IMG/VR virus record: IMGVR_UViG_3300012910_000001 | Location: 1 to 39,650 of that record | Reading direction: 5' to 3' (one strand) | Origin: a virus | Lineage: Duplodnaviria > Caudoviricetes | Length of the DNA: 39,650 bases | Shown here: piece by piece, positions 25,401 to 34,420 of the stretch | How the letters are laid out: each line of letters begins with the position of its first letter | Position numbering within the stretch: position 1 is the first letter of the stretch | Made by a program: the position numbers and the translations under genes | The notes under the pieces: model-generated | What the model saw: the letters and a program-made list of their open reading frames with translations, nothing else | What the model was told of the DNA's origin: nothing | Databases searched by the model: none

Positions 25401-25577
25401 ATTTATAGAGTCATTTCATCAACAGATACCGATGTAACTTTAGAGGTAGATTCAACAGGATTTGATGCCTATGTTTCAGGTGGAACTATTACTCCTGTTG
25501 CAAATAGAAATTCAACTGCTGAGGTTGAACTACACGCTATGATATTAGATATGACGCCTTCAATGATGTTGAGTTAA
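22491..25577 (+). CDS. Large tail protein (nozzle / DNA-stabilisation-like)
   Basis: About 1030 aa, beta-rich, placed between the adaptor and the ejection-type genes; TAATG coupling at 22491. Confidence 0.65.
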   Translation: MTTKLIVGPIDKGYTTNRLAFNIDNDAFPVLKNAYQWRGRIKRKRGTEFLNRLTRYINSIISAYATSVSTITLNGSGEGNLITGFGLQTNSSIVPGSVTITAPGPTLYTDPDMDGTLSPSGTINYSNGDIVILAESGNSISVILKYYPTLPVMGLEDFILRTEEFPFTIGFDTRYAYNILPVFPYSVYDISFYKNPAVDAVNLPGYVAKTVWTPLTWNGQDYQQFWTTNYEGAFWATNGVEVPFDPTNVGMQYKFITGITIDQAGNGVYGVGNVPALATLTIVGHGLVVGDFVFINEVFFDPVTVTGIDGINFQTGYVVVVVDANTVQVEFPFAILTGIYVSGGIAQYLTSRSDVTKDNIRWYDGDPTNGSILAPGFSLGKGWVNFMPPLSQFAFSVGDAPLGVYYLVGAKMLTQFKDRLVVFGPVIQTSAAGSQIYLEDTIIYSQNGTPFYTASFTDDPVSANTVFHPILVPVNQIASAPSWFEDQTGFGGFIDSGLDESINTIGTNEDVLVLGFDTNQVRMVYTGNDIVPFNLFIVNSELGATSTFSVISMDQGILTRGNRGYTITSQTASQRIDLDNPDQVFEVANQNNGTERFTASRDFINEWVYFTYPSNQEDATQYRFPTETFQYNYRDNTWAIFKESFTTYGAFRFQTGFTWATVGLEYPTWSVWNDPWDAGNSTLLQQTVIAGNQQGFLFIRAVGTGEGPSLAIQNIVGSIVTSPDHCLDNNDFIVISGVLGTIGQDVNGKIFQVQNPSLNSFTLKPSIVGTGTYLGGGTITRLYIPFIQSKQFPVAWALAKKTRIGVQQYLLTFTPNAQITLYIYLSTADETPFNFGEIVPAIEPENNGLIYSSVLLTCPESTNLGLTPANTNLQQLNLIGSNGSSQNPQKQIWHRINTSLIGDVVQVGFTISPEQMSSFESAGPSFAITGASQSTSAVILTTAKFGENTMVKITGVMGMTELNFQSNLYNIYRVISSTDTDVTLEVDSTGFDAYVSGGTITPVANRNSTAEVELHAMILDMTPSMMLS

Positions 25578-25579
25578 TT

Positions 25580-26050
25580 ATGAGCTCGAATTTCATAAAC
25601 CAGGTAGCCTATCTTCGAACTTCTAGAGAGTTCCCCGAGGAACTTCATCAACTGAGCGTTGAAGTCAACAAGATGTATGTAGACATAGCCAATGCAGTTA
25701 ATGTCAGAACCATAGGGTTATTTTCAGTAAATAGACCAGCCCAAACCGGAGAAAGCTTCTACATCGTAAGAAATAGCCGACAGCAAACCGCTAGACAGGT
25801 TTATTCTTTTACTACTACTGCTGCAATAAATCACACAGTGAATGTCACTTTTCCAGGTCAATTCATTAAATGTACAGGATCCTACACGGATGGAACTAAT
25901 ACTTTTGGCCTATTCTTTGCTTCTTCTGTTGCTATTGCAGGACAGATAACTTTTTATGTGACTGATACACAGATTATTTTTTTAGTAGGAGCGGGAGCGC
26001 CAGCTTTGACTTCCGGGCTTATTATCTTGGAGTGGTTGATGGATGTGTGA
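25580..26050 (+). CDS. Hypothetical virion protein
   Basis: 156-aa ORF in the operon. Confidence 0.7.
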   Translation: MSSNFINQVAYLRTSREFPEELHQLSVEVNKMYVDIANAVNVRTIGLFSVNRPAQTGESFYIVRNSRQQTARQVYSFTTTAAINHTVNVTFPGQFIKCTGSYTDGTNTFGLFFASSVAIAGQITFYVTDTQIIFLVGAGAPALTSGLIILEWLMDV

Positions 26051-26101
26051 CTATTGAATATAATCGACCCCTTTTTTATAATATCCGAAAAAAGGATATT
26101 G

Positions 26102-26755
26102 ATGAAATCACACCCAAGAAAAGTTTATAGAGAAGGTCAAAGATTTGGAAATCTTATCGCAATTGAATACATTAAGCCAAAAAGTTATCTTTGCCTGTGT
26201 GATTGTGGAAAAAATAAAATAATAAAAACAAGTAACTTAGTATGTAAAAAAACTACTTCTTGCGGATGTCTTAGAGCTGTCAATTCGCAAGATTATCAAG
26301 AAAAATTAAAAGAAAAACTCCTAAAAAATATAAAAATCGATGGTAATGGCTGTTGGATTTGGCAAAAATCTAAACATCGGCAAGGATATGGTAATTTTTG
26401 TTGTAACCGGAAAGTTTTATTGGCTCATAGGGTTTCATGGACTATTTTTAAGGGGAATTTAGATTTAGAGATTCTGGTTTGCCATACATGCGATAATCCC
26501 CCTTGTTGTAATCCAGAACATTTATTTCTAGGAACAGATAAAGATAATTCAATTGATGCTTTTTCAAAGGGAAGAATAAAAAGACATAAAGGAGAAAATC
26601 ATGCACGCTCTAAATTTAAAAATGAAGATATTGAAAACATAAGAAGTTTAAAACGTGAAGGTAAAACACAAAAAGAAATAAGTGAAATGTATTCGGTAAC
26701 AATAAGTGCGATTAAACACATTTTAAAAAAAAGAACATGGATCCATATTCCCTAA
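26102..26755 (+). CDS. Free-standing HNH homing endonuclease
   Basis: GCWIW...GYG...AHRVSW...VCHTCDNPPCCNPEHLFLGT..DN; N-terminal CLCDCG..SCGC; C-terminal HTH. Confidence 0.9.
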   Translation: MKSHPRKVYREGQRFGNLIAIEYIKPKSYLCLCDCGKNKIIKTSNLVCKKTTSCGCLRAVNSQDYQEKLKEKLLKNIKIDGNGCWIWQKSKHRQGYGNFCCNRKVLLAHRVSWTIFKGNLDLEILVCHTCDNPPCCNPEHLFLGTDKDNSIDAFSKGRIKRHKGENHARSKFKNEDIENIRSLKREGKTQKEISEMYSVTISAIKHILKKRTWIHIP

Positions 26756-26811
26756 TTTTGTATACAAATAATTCTTTGATAAGTTTATTCTAAAGTTAAA
26801 TCGAGGTTCAT

Positions 26812-27429
26812 ATGAGTTATGGAATGCAGCAATCTTCCACAGGGTTTAATCCAACGTCTACTAATACTGGAATGATGAAAGAAAAGATTCCTTCAGGATA
26901 TAAAAAAGGTGCGATTAATAATTTTACTCCTGAGCAAATGCAATTATTTCAGCAGATGTTTGGTCACGTAGGCTCAGATAGCTTCTTATCTAAGCTTGCG
27001 GGTGGTGATCAAGGAATGTTTGATGAGATTGAAGCTCCAGCATTAAGACAATTCGGTGAATTACAGGGTAATTTAGCCTCAAGATTTAGTGGAATGGGAG
27101 GACTTGGAGCACGTAAAAGCAGTGGATTCCAAAATACAATGAACTCGGCAGCTTCTAATTTCGCTCAACAACTTCAATCCCAAAGACAAGGCCTCCAACA
27201 GCAAGCATTACAAGACTTAATGGGATTTAGTAATACATTGCTTGGTCAAAGACCTCAAGAGACATCTTTGATTAAGAAACAGCCAAGTCAATGGGGTCAA
27301 ATTGTAGGAAAATTAGCAGGGGGACTGCCTGGAGCAGTTGCTGGATATGCAGATGATGGATGGAAAGGGGCTGCTCAGGGTTTTGCATCAGGATTTGAGG
27401 CTTTAAATAAAGGAATGGGTGGATTTTAA
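26812..27429 (+). CDS. Putative ejection/internal virion protein
   Basis: G/Q/M-rich with an amphipathic Gly-rich C-terminus; position typical of podoviruses. Confidence 0.55.
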   Translation: MSYGMQQSSTGFNPTSTNTGMMKEKIPSGYKKGAINNFTPEQMQLFQQMFGHVGSDSFLSKLAGGDQGMFDEIEAPALRQFGELQGNLASRFSGMGGLGARKSSGFQNTMNSAASNFAQQLQSQRQGLQQQALQDLMGFSNTLLGQRPQETSLIKKQPSQWGQIVGKLAGGLPGAVAGYADDGWKGAAQGFASGFEALNKGMGGF

Positions 27430-28517
27430 TGGTACAAATTTACGAAGAAAATAGAACACCTTCCTTTGTTCAAAGTATATTGGGAGGAATTAGTGAAGGT
27501 ATAGCACCTGCAATTAAAAATTATCAAGCATCCCAAAAGAATAGACAAGCTAATCAAATGGCGAATGAATTATTAGGAATGGATGTTTCAGGATTAAATG
27601 AAAAAACCCGTGATCAATTGATTATTGATAGATTCAAAAATCAAGGGCAATTGGCTGAAAATGATGTTAGTTATCAAACAGTAAAGGAAAGATTTGGTGA
27701 CAAGTTCGCAAATTTATATAAAGCTTCCCCTGAAGGCGCAAAAACCCAATTGATAACCCATGCACTAGATGCCATTCAAAGAGGAGATGATTTGTCAGGC
27801 CTTTTGGATATAGCTCAACCAAATGAAAATAATTCCGATGAACTACCTACTGTTTCTCCAAAAAAACCTCCTGGAATTACTCCTAAAGAATGGGCAAAAC
27901 AAAAATCTACTCAACTTTATGATATAAATAAGCCAATATTAAAAGAGGCTGGAGAACTTAGAAAGAATCTACAAATGCAAGAACAAGCCATTGAAGATTT
28001 AATGGAGGCTTCTCCCCATGTAGGAATAAGAGATTGGGTAGCAGATTATTTTGATATTGAACCTTTCAGAAGTGAATCAGGAGCTAAATTTAAAACAGCT
28101 GTAAAAGACTTTTTTCTTTCAGACATCTCTCGTGTGGGCGCGCGTCCGAATCAGTGGGTTGAGAAACAATTATTATCTGCGCTTCCTGTAGCTGGAAGAT
28201 CTCCAACATCCAATATGATAACCACAGCTGGATTAAGATTTAAAAAGGACCTATCTAAAAAGCGTTTAGAAATCATTGATGAATTGAGTGACAAATATGG
28301 ATATTCTGAAATTGATTTAGACAAAACTGCTAATAAAATGATGAAATCCTATGTGGTGGAAAGACAAAAGCTTTTAGAAAATGAGATTAGAGATATTAAA
28401 AATCGTGAAAGTAAGCTATCAGGAAGAAAGGTTAGAGTTACTGATCAAACTGGTCAAGCATATGAAATCGATGAAAGCGAAGTTGAGCTTTTACCAGAAG
28501 GTTATTTAATACAATGA
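27429..28517 (+). CDS. Putative ejection/internal virion protein
   Basis: Helical, charged 362-aa protein translationally coupled to its neighbours. Confidence 0.55.
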   Translation: MVQIYEENRTPSFVQSILGGISEGIAPAIKNYQASQKNRQANQMANELLGMDVSGLNEKTRDQLIIDRFKNQGQLAENDVSYQTVKERFGDKFANLYKASPEGAKTQLITHALDAIQRGDDLSGLLDIAQPNENNSDELPTVSPKKPPGITPKEWAKQKSTQLYDINKPILKEAGELRKNLQMQEQAIEDLMEASPHVGIRDWVADYFDIEPFRSESGAKFKTAVKDFFLSDISRVGARPNQWVEKQLLSALPVAGRSPTSNMITTAGLRFKKDLSKKRLEIIDELSDKYGYSEIDLDKTANKMMKSYVVERQKLLENEIRDIKNRESKLSGRKVRVTDQTGQAYEIDESEVELLPEGYLIQ

Positions 28518-30250
28518 AAGTTCCTCTGACTCTAAAAAAAATACAAACATCTTTTCAGCAACCGGAAATTTATAATGAGAATGATGATGTACCTGAAACT
28601 AAAGATAAAAAGCCTCAGCCAATATCTTTAAGAAAAATAGAAGACGAACCTTCTTTTACAGGCAATGAAGATTACGATAACTATATTCGTTCAGCATCAC
28701 AAATTCCTCAAGGAATAGCTGAAGCCACACCACCAGGAATAGCAGCAGGTTTATGGCAATTACTTGGGCAAGGTGAGGTTTTAGATCCTGAAGAAATTGA
28801 GCATATTAAAGCAATTTCTGAACGTGAAGGAATTCCATTTGATGAAGAAAAGTATATGGAAGCTGCACAAAATGCTCTTGGATCAGTTCCTACAGTATCA
28901 AATATTGCACGTGGCATTGAAGAAAGAACGGGGTTACCTTTAGAGGCTAAGACTGACATTCAAAAACGTGTTAGATTAGCTTCAACTGCTGGTAAATTTC
29001 AACCTGGAACAGTAGCACAAAAGGCAGTAGCTGCCGGAGTTGCTCCACTTGCTAAAGAAGGGCTCAAACGAGCAGGAGTTCCTGAATTTCTTGCTGAACC
29101 TGCCTCTTTGGGTGTATCAAGCATTGCAGGGTCAAAAGCTCCAAAGATTGATGTTACAAAAGCAAAAAAACCTTCTGGATTAACAACAAGACAATTTGAA
29201 AAATTAGAAAAACCTGTTGAAGTTTCCGAAAAAAAAATAAAACAAATTGATCAAAAGCTTGAGTCTGATTTTAGAGATATTGCCAGTGATATTATTGAGA
29301 AGTCTCCAATCAATGAAACTCATTCAGAGCTAAAAAATGACGTAGGATTTAAACTAGCTGCGGAAGAAGCTTTTGAAAAGGTAGACAAACTTGCTGAAAG
29401 CATTAATGAAAAGGTTGATTTAAAAGATCTTAAAAAAGATCTCGCAAACAGAGCCTCCAAAGAAAATAAATCTGGAATTACAGAGTTAGAATTTGATAAA
29501 GAATATAACAAAAACATTAAACAATTTATTAAAGATACTAAGGGAAAAGATGCCTCAATGAGTGAAGTTATTCGCCAATATAGAAAGAACAACGAAGCCT
29601 ATGGCAAGTCATGGGAATCAGGAAAATCCACTGATTATAACGTAGCTAAAAGAGAATCTTTATTAGATTATAATAGAACCATTGCAGATATGATTGAGAA
29701 AAAATTTCCAGATACTGAGTTTTCAAATCTATTTAAATCCAGCAATGAAAAGTGGAAAAAAATCATGGATGCTGAGGCAGTTGATGCCTATGTGAATGAT
29801 ATATTTGATGGTAAAATAAATTATAAAAAGTCAGGAGAATTTTTTAATAAAAAACAGAAACAGATATTCAAAAGAGCATTAGGTGATGAGGGATATAAAA
29901 ACTTCGAACAGTTAAATAAAGATTTCATGTCCACTGAGAAAGCTTATAAAATGATGAAAGTGGCTAAAGAAAAAGGATATGTAGATTTAGCTAAAACGGG
30001 TATTTCTTATCTTATTCATCCAAAATTAGCTGCCACAAAAGTGGGAATTGGTATGGCTAAGGGAGCATATCAATCGCTTTGGCAATCTTTATTGGATAAA
30101 CCTCAAATGGCGGTAATTTGGGACAAAGGAATTAAAGCATTTCAGAAGGGTGATTTTTCTACAGCTGAAAAACAATTCAATAAAATGGAAGAATCTAGAG
30201 TTAAAGCATTTAAAAAATTCAAAGAAAATAAGTCTGATCAATCCAAATAG
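28514..30250 (+). CDS. Putative ejection/internal virion protein
   Basis: 578-aa helical protein, last of the trio. Confidence 0.55.
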   Translation: MKVPLTLKKIQTSFQQPEIYNENDDVPETKDKKPQPISLRKIEDEPSFTGNEDYDNYIRSASQIPQGIAEATPPGIAAGLWQLLGQGEVLDPEEIEHIKAISEREGIPFDEEKYMEAAQNALGSVPTVSNIARGIEERTGLPLEAKTDIQKRVRLASTAGKFQPGTVAQKAVAAGVAPLAKEGLKRAGVPEFLAEPASLGVSSIAGSKAPKIDVTKAKKPSGLTTRQFEKLEKPVEVSEKKIKQIDQKLESDFRDIASDIIEKSPINETHSELKNDVGFKLAAEEAFEKVDKLAESINEKVDLKDLKKDLANRASKENKSGITELEFDKEYNKNIKQFIKDTKGKDASMSEVIRQYRKNNEAYGKSWESGKSTDYNVAKRESLLDYNRTIADMIEKKFPDTEFSNLFKSSNEKWKKIMDAEAVDAYVNDIFDGKINYKKSGEFFNKKQKQIFKRALGDEGYKNFEQLNKDFMSTEKAYKMMKVAKEKGYVDLAKTGISYLIHPKLAATKVGIGMAKGAYQSLWQSLLDKPQMAVIWDKGIKAFQKGDFSTAEKQFNKMEESRVKAFKKFKENKSDQSK

Positions 30251-30318
30251 CTAAATGGGTCATATCCTATCAACTCGCAAATAATCCAAAAAGCAAAGCA
30301 AGCTATAAATCCAATCAT
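30238..30318 (-). CDS. 26-aa hydrophobic peptide (MIGFIACFAFWIICELIGYDPFSYLD)
   Basis: TAATG coupling to the upstream minus-strand gene. Confidence 0.45.
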   Translation of the reverse strand: MIGFIACFAFWIICELIGYDPFSYLD

Positions 30319-30536
30319 TACTTATCTCCTTCTCGAGTACCATGATTTGCATATTTAAGATGTGATTTAAAATCAGCATCCTGTCTTTCAAGTTTTCCAT
30401 GAAAGTCTTTAGTTTCTTTTTTTATTTCATCAATAACTCGCATAACATGAAGAAAATCTGTTCTACTTTGTCTTGTTGCCCATAAGAACATTCCTAAATT
30501 AGCTCCTACTATTGTAGATACTTGTAACCAATCCAT
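30318..30536 (-). CDS. Small transmembrane + coiled-coil protein, paralog 1
   Basis: MDWLQV..I.G.N...FLW...SR.D...KDFHG.L. Confidence 0.7.
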   Translation of the reverse strand: MDWLQVSTIVGANLGMFLWATRQSRTDFLHVMRVIDEIKKETKDFHGKLERQDADFKSHLKYANHGTREGDK

Positions 30537-30976
30537 TATTCATCCCCGTATTTGTTTAAGGTTAAAGGCGCATAATCTTTCCAATTATTAGAAATTTCAG
30601 AGCATTTATCTTTACATTCTGACCAAAAATCACAAATATGGGATTGCAGATTTCTTTCTACTTGATGAAGTTTTATACTAAACATAAAAATATCCCATCC
30701 CGAATAAATTCTTATAATTTCTTTTGACATGTGTTTTGTGTGACAAAATCCTAATCTGTACGCTTCAAGAACTTTTAAAGCTCTCCAATCATCAATGTAT
30801 TCTTGATCGTTTGTTTTTATCTGAGAGAGTTCTTTTTTATAATTTTCTTTCCAATCTTCTATGCAAGATTCTTTTACATCATCAAAAATATTTTTTTGTC
30901 TATCTACTATATGGCATTCTATTTCAGGAAATTTATTTTCGATGGCTGTTTTTACTGGTAATAAATTTTTATTCAT
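30536..30976 (-). CDS. Hypothetical protein
   Basis: 146 aa, AAGGA RBS, coupled to the next gene. Confidence 0.7.
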   Translation of the reverse strand: MNKNLLPVKTAIENKFPEIECHIVDRQKNIFDDVKESCIEDWKENYKKELSQIKTNDQEYIDDWRALKVLEAYRLGFCHTKHMSKEIIRIYSGWDIFMFSIKLHQVERNLQSHICDFWSECKDKCSEISNNWKDYAPLTLNKYGDE

Positions 30977-31082
30977 TTCTTATTCCTTTCTTCTAATTTT
31001 TCTATTCTCTTAAATGTTATCCAATGTAAAAGCATATTCATTAAAATAGAAATTGGTATTAAAATTAGTAAGATTATTTCAA

Positions 31083-31271
31083 TCATTTTTTATTTTTTTC
31101 CTCGATAGCGCAAAGTCTTCCATGAAAATCTTTCATTTCAGTTTGAATAGAAGTTATCATTTGTTTTGTCCAGGATTCTAATGCTCTATGATCAGCACGT
31201 GATTCAGTTCTTACCCATAAAAATAAAACAATATTCGATCCAATTATTGCTAAAACTTGCTCCCAATCCAT
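31083..31271 (-). CDS. Small transmembrane + coiled-coil protein, paralog 2
   Basis: MDWEQV..I.G.N...FLW...SR.D...KDFHG.L. Confidence 0.7.
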   Translation of the reverse strand: MDWEQVLAIIGSNIVLFLWVRTESRADHRALESWTKQMITSIQTEMKDFHGRLCAIEEKNKK

Positions 31272-31272
31272 T

Positions 31273-31488
31273 TTATTCCTTTATCAAAGTATTGTGACTA
31301 TTATAACTCATTAAACCTAACCTAATTGTCTCTGACTTAGAGATCCTATAGGAACATGTTTTCCCATTTCCTGTTTTAAATGCAGCCAGATATCCACGTT
31401 TAATCATATTCTGAACTGTATTAGGATGAACTCCTATATATTCAGCAAATTCCTTAACCTTAAGGAAGTCTTTTTCTTCATATTTCAT
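31273..31488 (-). CDS. Excisionase-like (MerR/HTH_17) DNA-binding protein
   Basis: FLKVKEFAEYIGVHPNTVQNMIKRGYLAAFK.G....YRI. Confidence 0.8.
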   Translation of the reverse strand: MKYEEKDFLKVKEFAEYIGVHPNTVQNMIKRGYLAAFKTGNGKTCSYRISKSETIRLGLMSYNSHNTLIKE

Positions 31489-31595
31489 GACTTTATTATA
31501 TCAATTTGTGTTAATAAGTGAAAGTAAATGAAATTATTTGACAAATACCAAAATTTAATTCATTGTGAACTTTAAATTTAAATTTGAGGCGCACA

Positions 31596-34019
31596 ATGGG
31601 CATGGCAGTAGGTATAGGTGGATTAATTTCAGTTCCCCCAGCAGCAATTAGAGGACATGGAGTTCCTCCAGAATCATTCAAAGCTCAGCTTGGTCAAATG
31701 TATTTTGACATGGATACTTCTCCCCCAACTTTATACATTTATAACGGATTAACTTGGGATGCAGGTGGAGATTCTGAAGCGACAACAACCTCTTTTGGAA
31801 GTGTTCAACTAGCTACTTTAGCAGAACTACAAACTGGATCTGCTCCAGCGGGTGCATATGTTCCAACTGCAAATGATGTAGCAACTGTTATCGCAGGTGT
31901 TGTTGCAGGTGCTGTTCCCCCAGCTACAGAAACACAAGCGGGTATTGCCCAAATCGCAACTCAAGTTGAAACAGATGCAGGAACAGATGATACAACAATT
32001 GTAACCCCTCTAAAACTTACCAATTTTATTGGTGCTAGTGGAGCTCCAGGTTCATTTACAGATCTTACCGCTACTGGAGCAGTTTCTTTTACTGGTGCAA
32101 CTGGCGGTATCACAATGACATCCGCAACAGCTTCAAGTTTTGGGACAACAGGTGCAGGCATAGATCTTACTCTTTCTAGTGCAGCCGGTCGAGTAGTTGT
32201 AAATGGTGAAGAAGCAGCAGCAGATGCTGTAAGAGTCCTATCTGCGGCCGGTGGTCTCGATGTAGATGTAGCTCTTCAAATGAACCTCACATCTTCGCAA
32301 AATGCTGTAGATGCAGTTCGTATTCTTGCTAGTGCAGGCGGTATTGATATTGATGCAGTGGGAGCCGCCACAGAAGATATTAATATTACAAATACTGGCG
32401 GATCTATTGTTCTTCAATCAACAGAAAGCGCTGTAGACTCAATCGATATTATTTCCACAGCTGGGGGTATTAGGCTTAGAGCAACAGGAGCAGCTGCTAC
32501 AGAGGATATTTCTCTGACTGCAACAGGAAGCTCTATTGTTCTTAGTGCTACTGAGGCAGTTTCAGATGCGATTAATATTGATGCGACAGCAGGTGGAATT
32601 GATGTTGATGCAGCTGGTCAAATTAATATCGCAACATCGCAAAGTGCTGCGGATTCGATAGTTATTGAATCAACTGCGGGAGGTATTGATATACTTGCAT
32701 CAGGTGCAGCAGCCGGAGAAGATATCGATATCATAGCAACAGGATCAAGCGTTAATATAACTTCGACAGAAAACGCAGCCCAAGCCGTCTATCTAAGAGC
32801 AAATGGTGGCACGTCAGAAACAGTTCAAATTCATGCTGACCAAGGTACAGGGGCTGCAAGTGTTCTTGTTTTATCAGATGTTGGCGGTGTTACAATCCAA
32901 GGTGGATTGTCTTCAGCTGATGCAATTAATATTGTAGCCTCGGGGGTAGGAGGAGGGATTGATATTGATGCAGGAACAGCAGGATTTATAGTAGATACAA
33001 CAGGCGGGATTTCATTGGATGCCGCAGCGGCTTCTAATTTTACTGCCACTGGCGCTTTCGATATCACAATTCAATCAACATTAGGAAGCATCTTATTAAA
33101 TGCTGGTGAAGCAGCAGCCGATGCAATAAACATTGATAGCACAGGTGGTTTTGATTTAGACGCTGCTCTACAGATTAATATTGATTCTGCACAAGCAGCA
33201 GCTACGGCAGTCCGTATTAATGCAAGTAATGCGGGTGGTGGTATCGATATAGATGCGGGAACTACAGGGATAGCAATTGATACTACGGGAGCCTTTAGCA
33301 TAGATGGCGCAGCCGCTTCAAATGTGACTACTACAGGAGCGGGCATTGATTTAACATTATCCTCAGTTTTAGGGTCTGTGCTTGTTTCATCTACTGAAAA
33401 CGCAGCACTTGCTATTAGATTACATGCTAATGGTGGAACAAGTGAAACAATCCAATTACATTCCGATCAGGGGACTGGAGTAGGGTCTATCAATCTCTTG
33501 TCAGATGTTGGAGGTATAACACTAACGGCGACAGGCCTTGCAAGTGCGGATGCAATAAATATCGAGGCTCCAGCGGGTGGTATCGATATGGATTCTGCTT
33601 TGCAAACTAATATCGCTTCTTCTCAAGCTGCTGCAACAGCCGTTCAGATAACTGCATCTAATGGTGCAGGGGGAATCACTTTAACTTCCGGCACAGGGAA
33701 TATTAATGCAGCTGGAGGTCATCTTGCTATTACATCTGTTGCAAAAACTCTTCTTGTTAATGGAGGAGCAGTTACAGACTTTATCGGAACGGCTACTTTA
33801 ACAGGGGGCCAAGTCGTAATAGCTAATACAAATATTGCGACAGGTGACGTTATTCTCATGGAAAGAACGGCCGTTAATGCCTCTACTGCTTTAGGAATCC
33901 TGACCTACACGATTAGTAACGGTGCTAGCTTTACTGTTACCTCAATGGGTGTAACTACGGCTACGCAATTGGCTGCTGATGTGTCTTCATTTGTTTATTT
34001 TATCGTTCGTCCAACGTAG
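31596..34019 (+). CDS. Long repetitive tail fibre/spike-like protein
   Basis: A/G/T-rich with many GGIDID-type repeats; ATETQAGIAQIATQ.ET..GTDD...VTP fibre motif. Confidence 0.7.
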   Translation: MGMAVGIGGLISVPPAAIRGHGVPPESFKAQLGQMYFDMDTSPPTLYIYNGLTWDAGGDSEATTTSFGSVQLATLAELQTGSAPAGAYVPTANDVATVIAGVVAGAVPPATETQAGIAQIATQVETDAGTDDTTIVTPLKLTNFIGASGAPGSFTDLTATGAVSFTGATGGITMTSATASSFGTTGAGIDLTLSSAAGRVVVNGEEAAADAVRVLSAAGGLDVDVALQMNLTSSQNAVDAVRILASAGGIDIDAVGAATEDINITNTGGSIVLQSTESAVDSIDIISTAGGIRLRATGAAATEDISLTATGSSIVLSATEAVSDAINIDATAGGIDVDAAGQINIATSQSAADSIVIESTAGGIDILASGAAAGEDIDIIATGSSVNITSTENAAQAVYLRANGGTSETVQIHADQGTGAASVLVLSDVGGVTIQGGLSSADAINIVASGVGGGIDIDAGTAGFIVDTTGGISLDAAAASNFTATGAFDITIQSTLGSILLNAGEAAADAINIDSTGGFDLDAALQINIDSAQAAATAVRINASNAGGGIDIDAGTTGIAIDTTGAFSIDGAAASNVTTTGAGIDLTLSSVLGSVLVSSTENAALAIRLHANGGTSETIQLHSDQGTGVGSINLLSDVGGITLTATGLASADAINIEAPAGGIDMDSALQTNIASSQAAATAVQITASNGAGGITLTSGTGNINAAGGHLAITSVAKTLLVNGGAVTDFIGTATLTGGQVVIANTNIATGDVILMERTAVNASTALGILTYTISNGASFTVTSMGVTTATQLAADVSSFVYFIVRPT

Positions 34020-34091
34020 TATTTAAATTTAAAATATGATATTAAATCAAATGAATCACCTGTTGAAGAAACTAAAACCGAATAGGTAAAT

Positions 34092-34412
34092 ATGGCAATA
34101 GATAATAGCGCAATAGCTGTCGCTGCACCGGAGCTGATTACCACAATGGATGGTACTAATAAACTTATTGGGAGTCTTGTTGCTAATCCTACAATCATTA
34201 TTTTTGATAATCAAAGCACCACAAGTGTGGTTTTATCAATTAATGATGTGCAATGGAAAACTTTTACAGGAGCTGGGGCTCTCGTATTAGATTTAAGAGC
34301 AGCTCATGGAAATGCTACCAATTACTCGTTTAGAGTAGGTGATACATTTTTTGGTAATGGAGCTGCAAATGGAAGTTTTTCTATCTCTTATTTATATGCC
34401 CAAAACTTTTGA
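34092..34412 (+). CDS. Hypothetical virion protein
   Basis: 106-aa beta-rich ORF with AGGT RBS. Confidence 0.7.
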   Translation: MAIDNSAIAVAAPELITTMDGTNKLIGSLVANPTIIIFDNQSTTSVVLSINDVQWKTFTGAGALVLDLRAAHGNATNYSFRVGDTFFGNGAANGSFSISYLYAQNF

Positions 34413-34420
34413 GGTGATTT

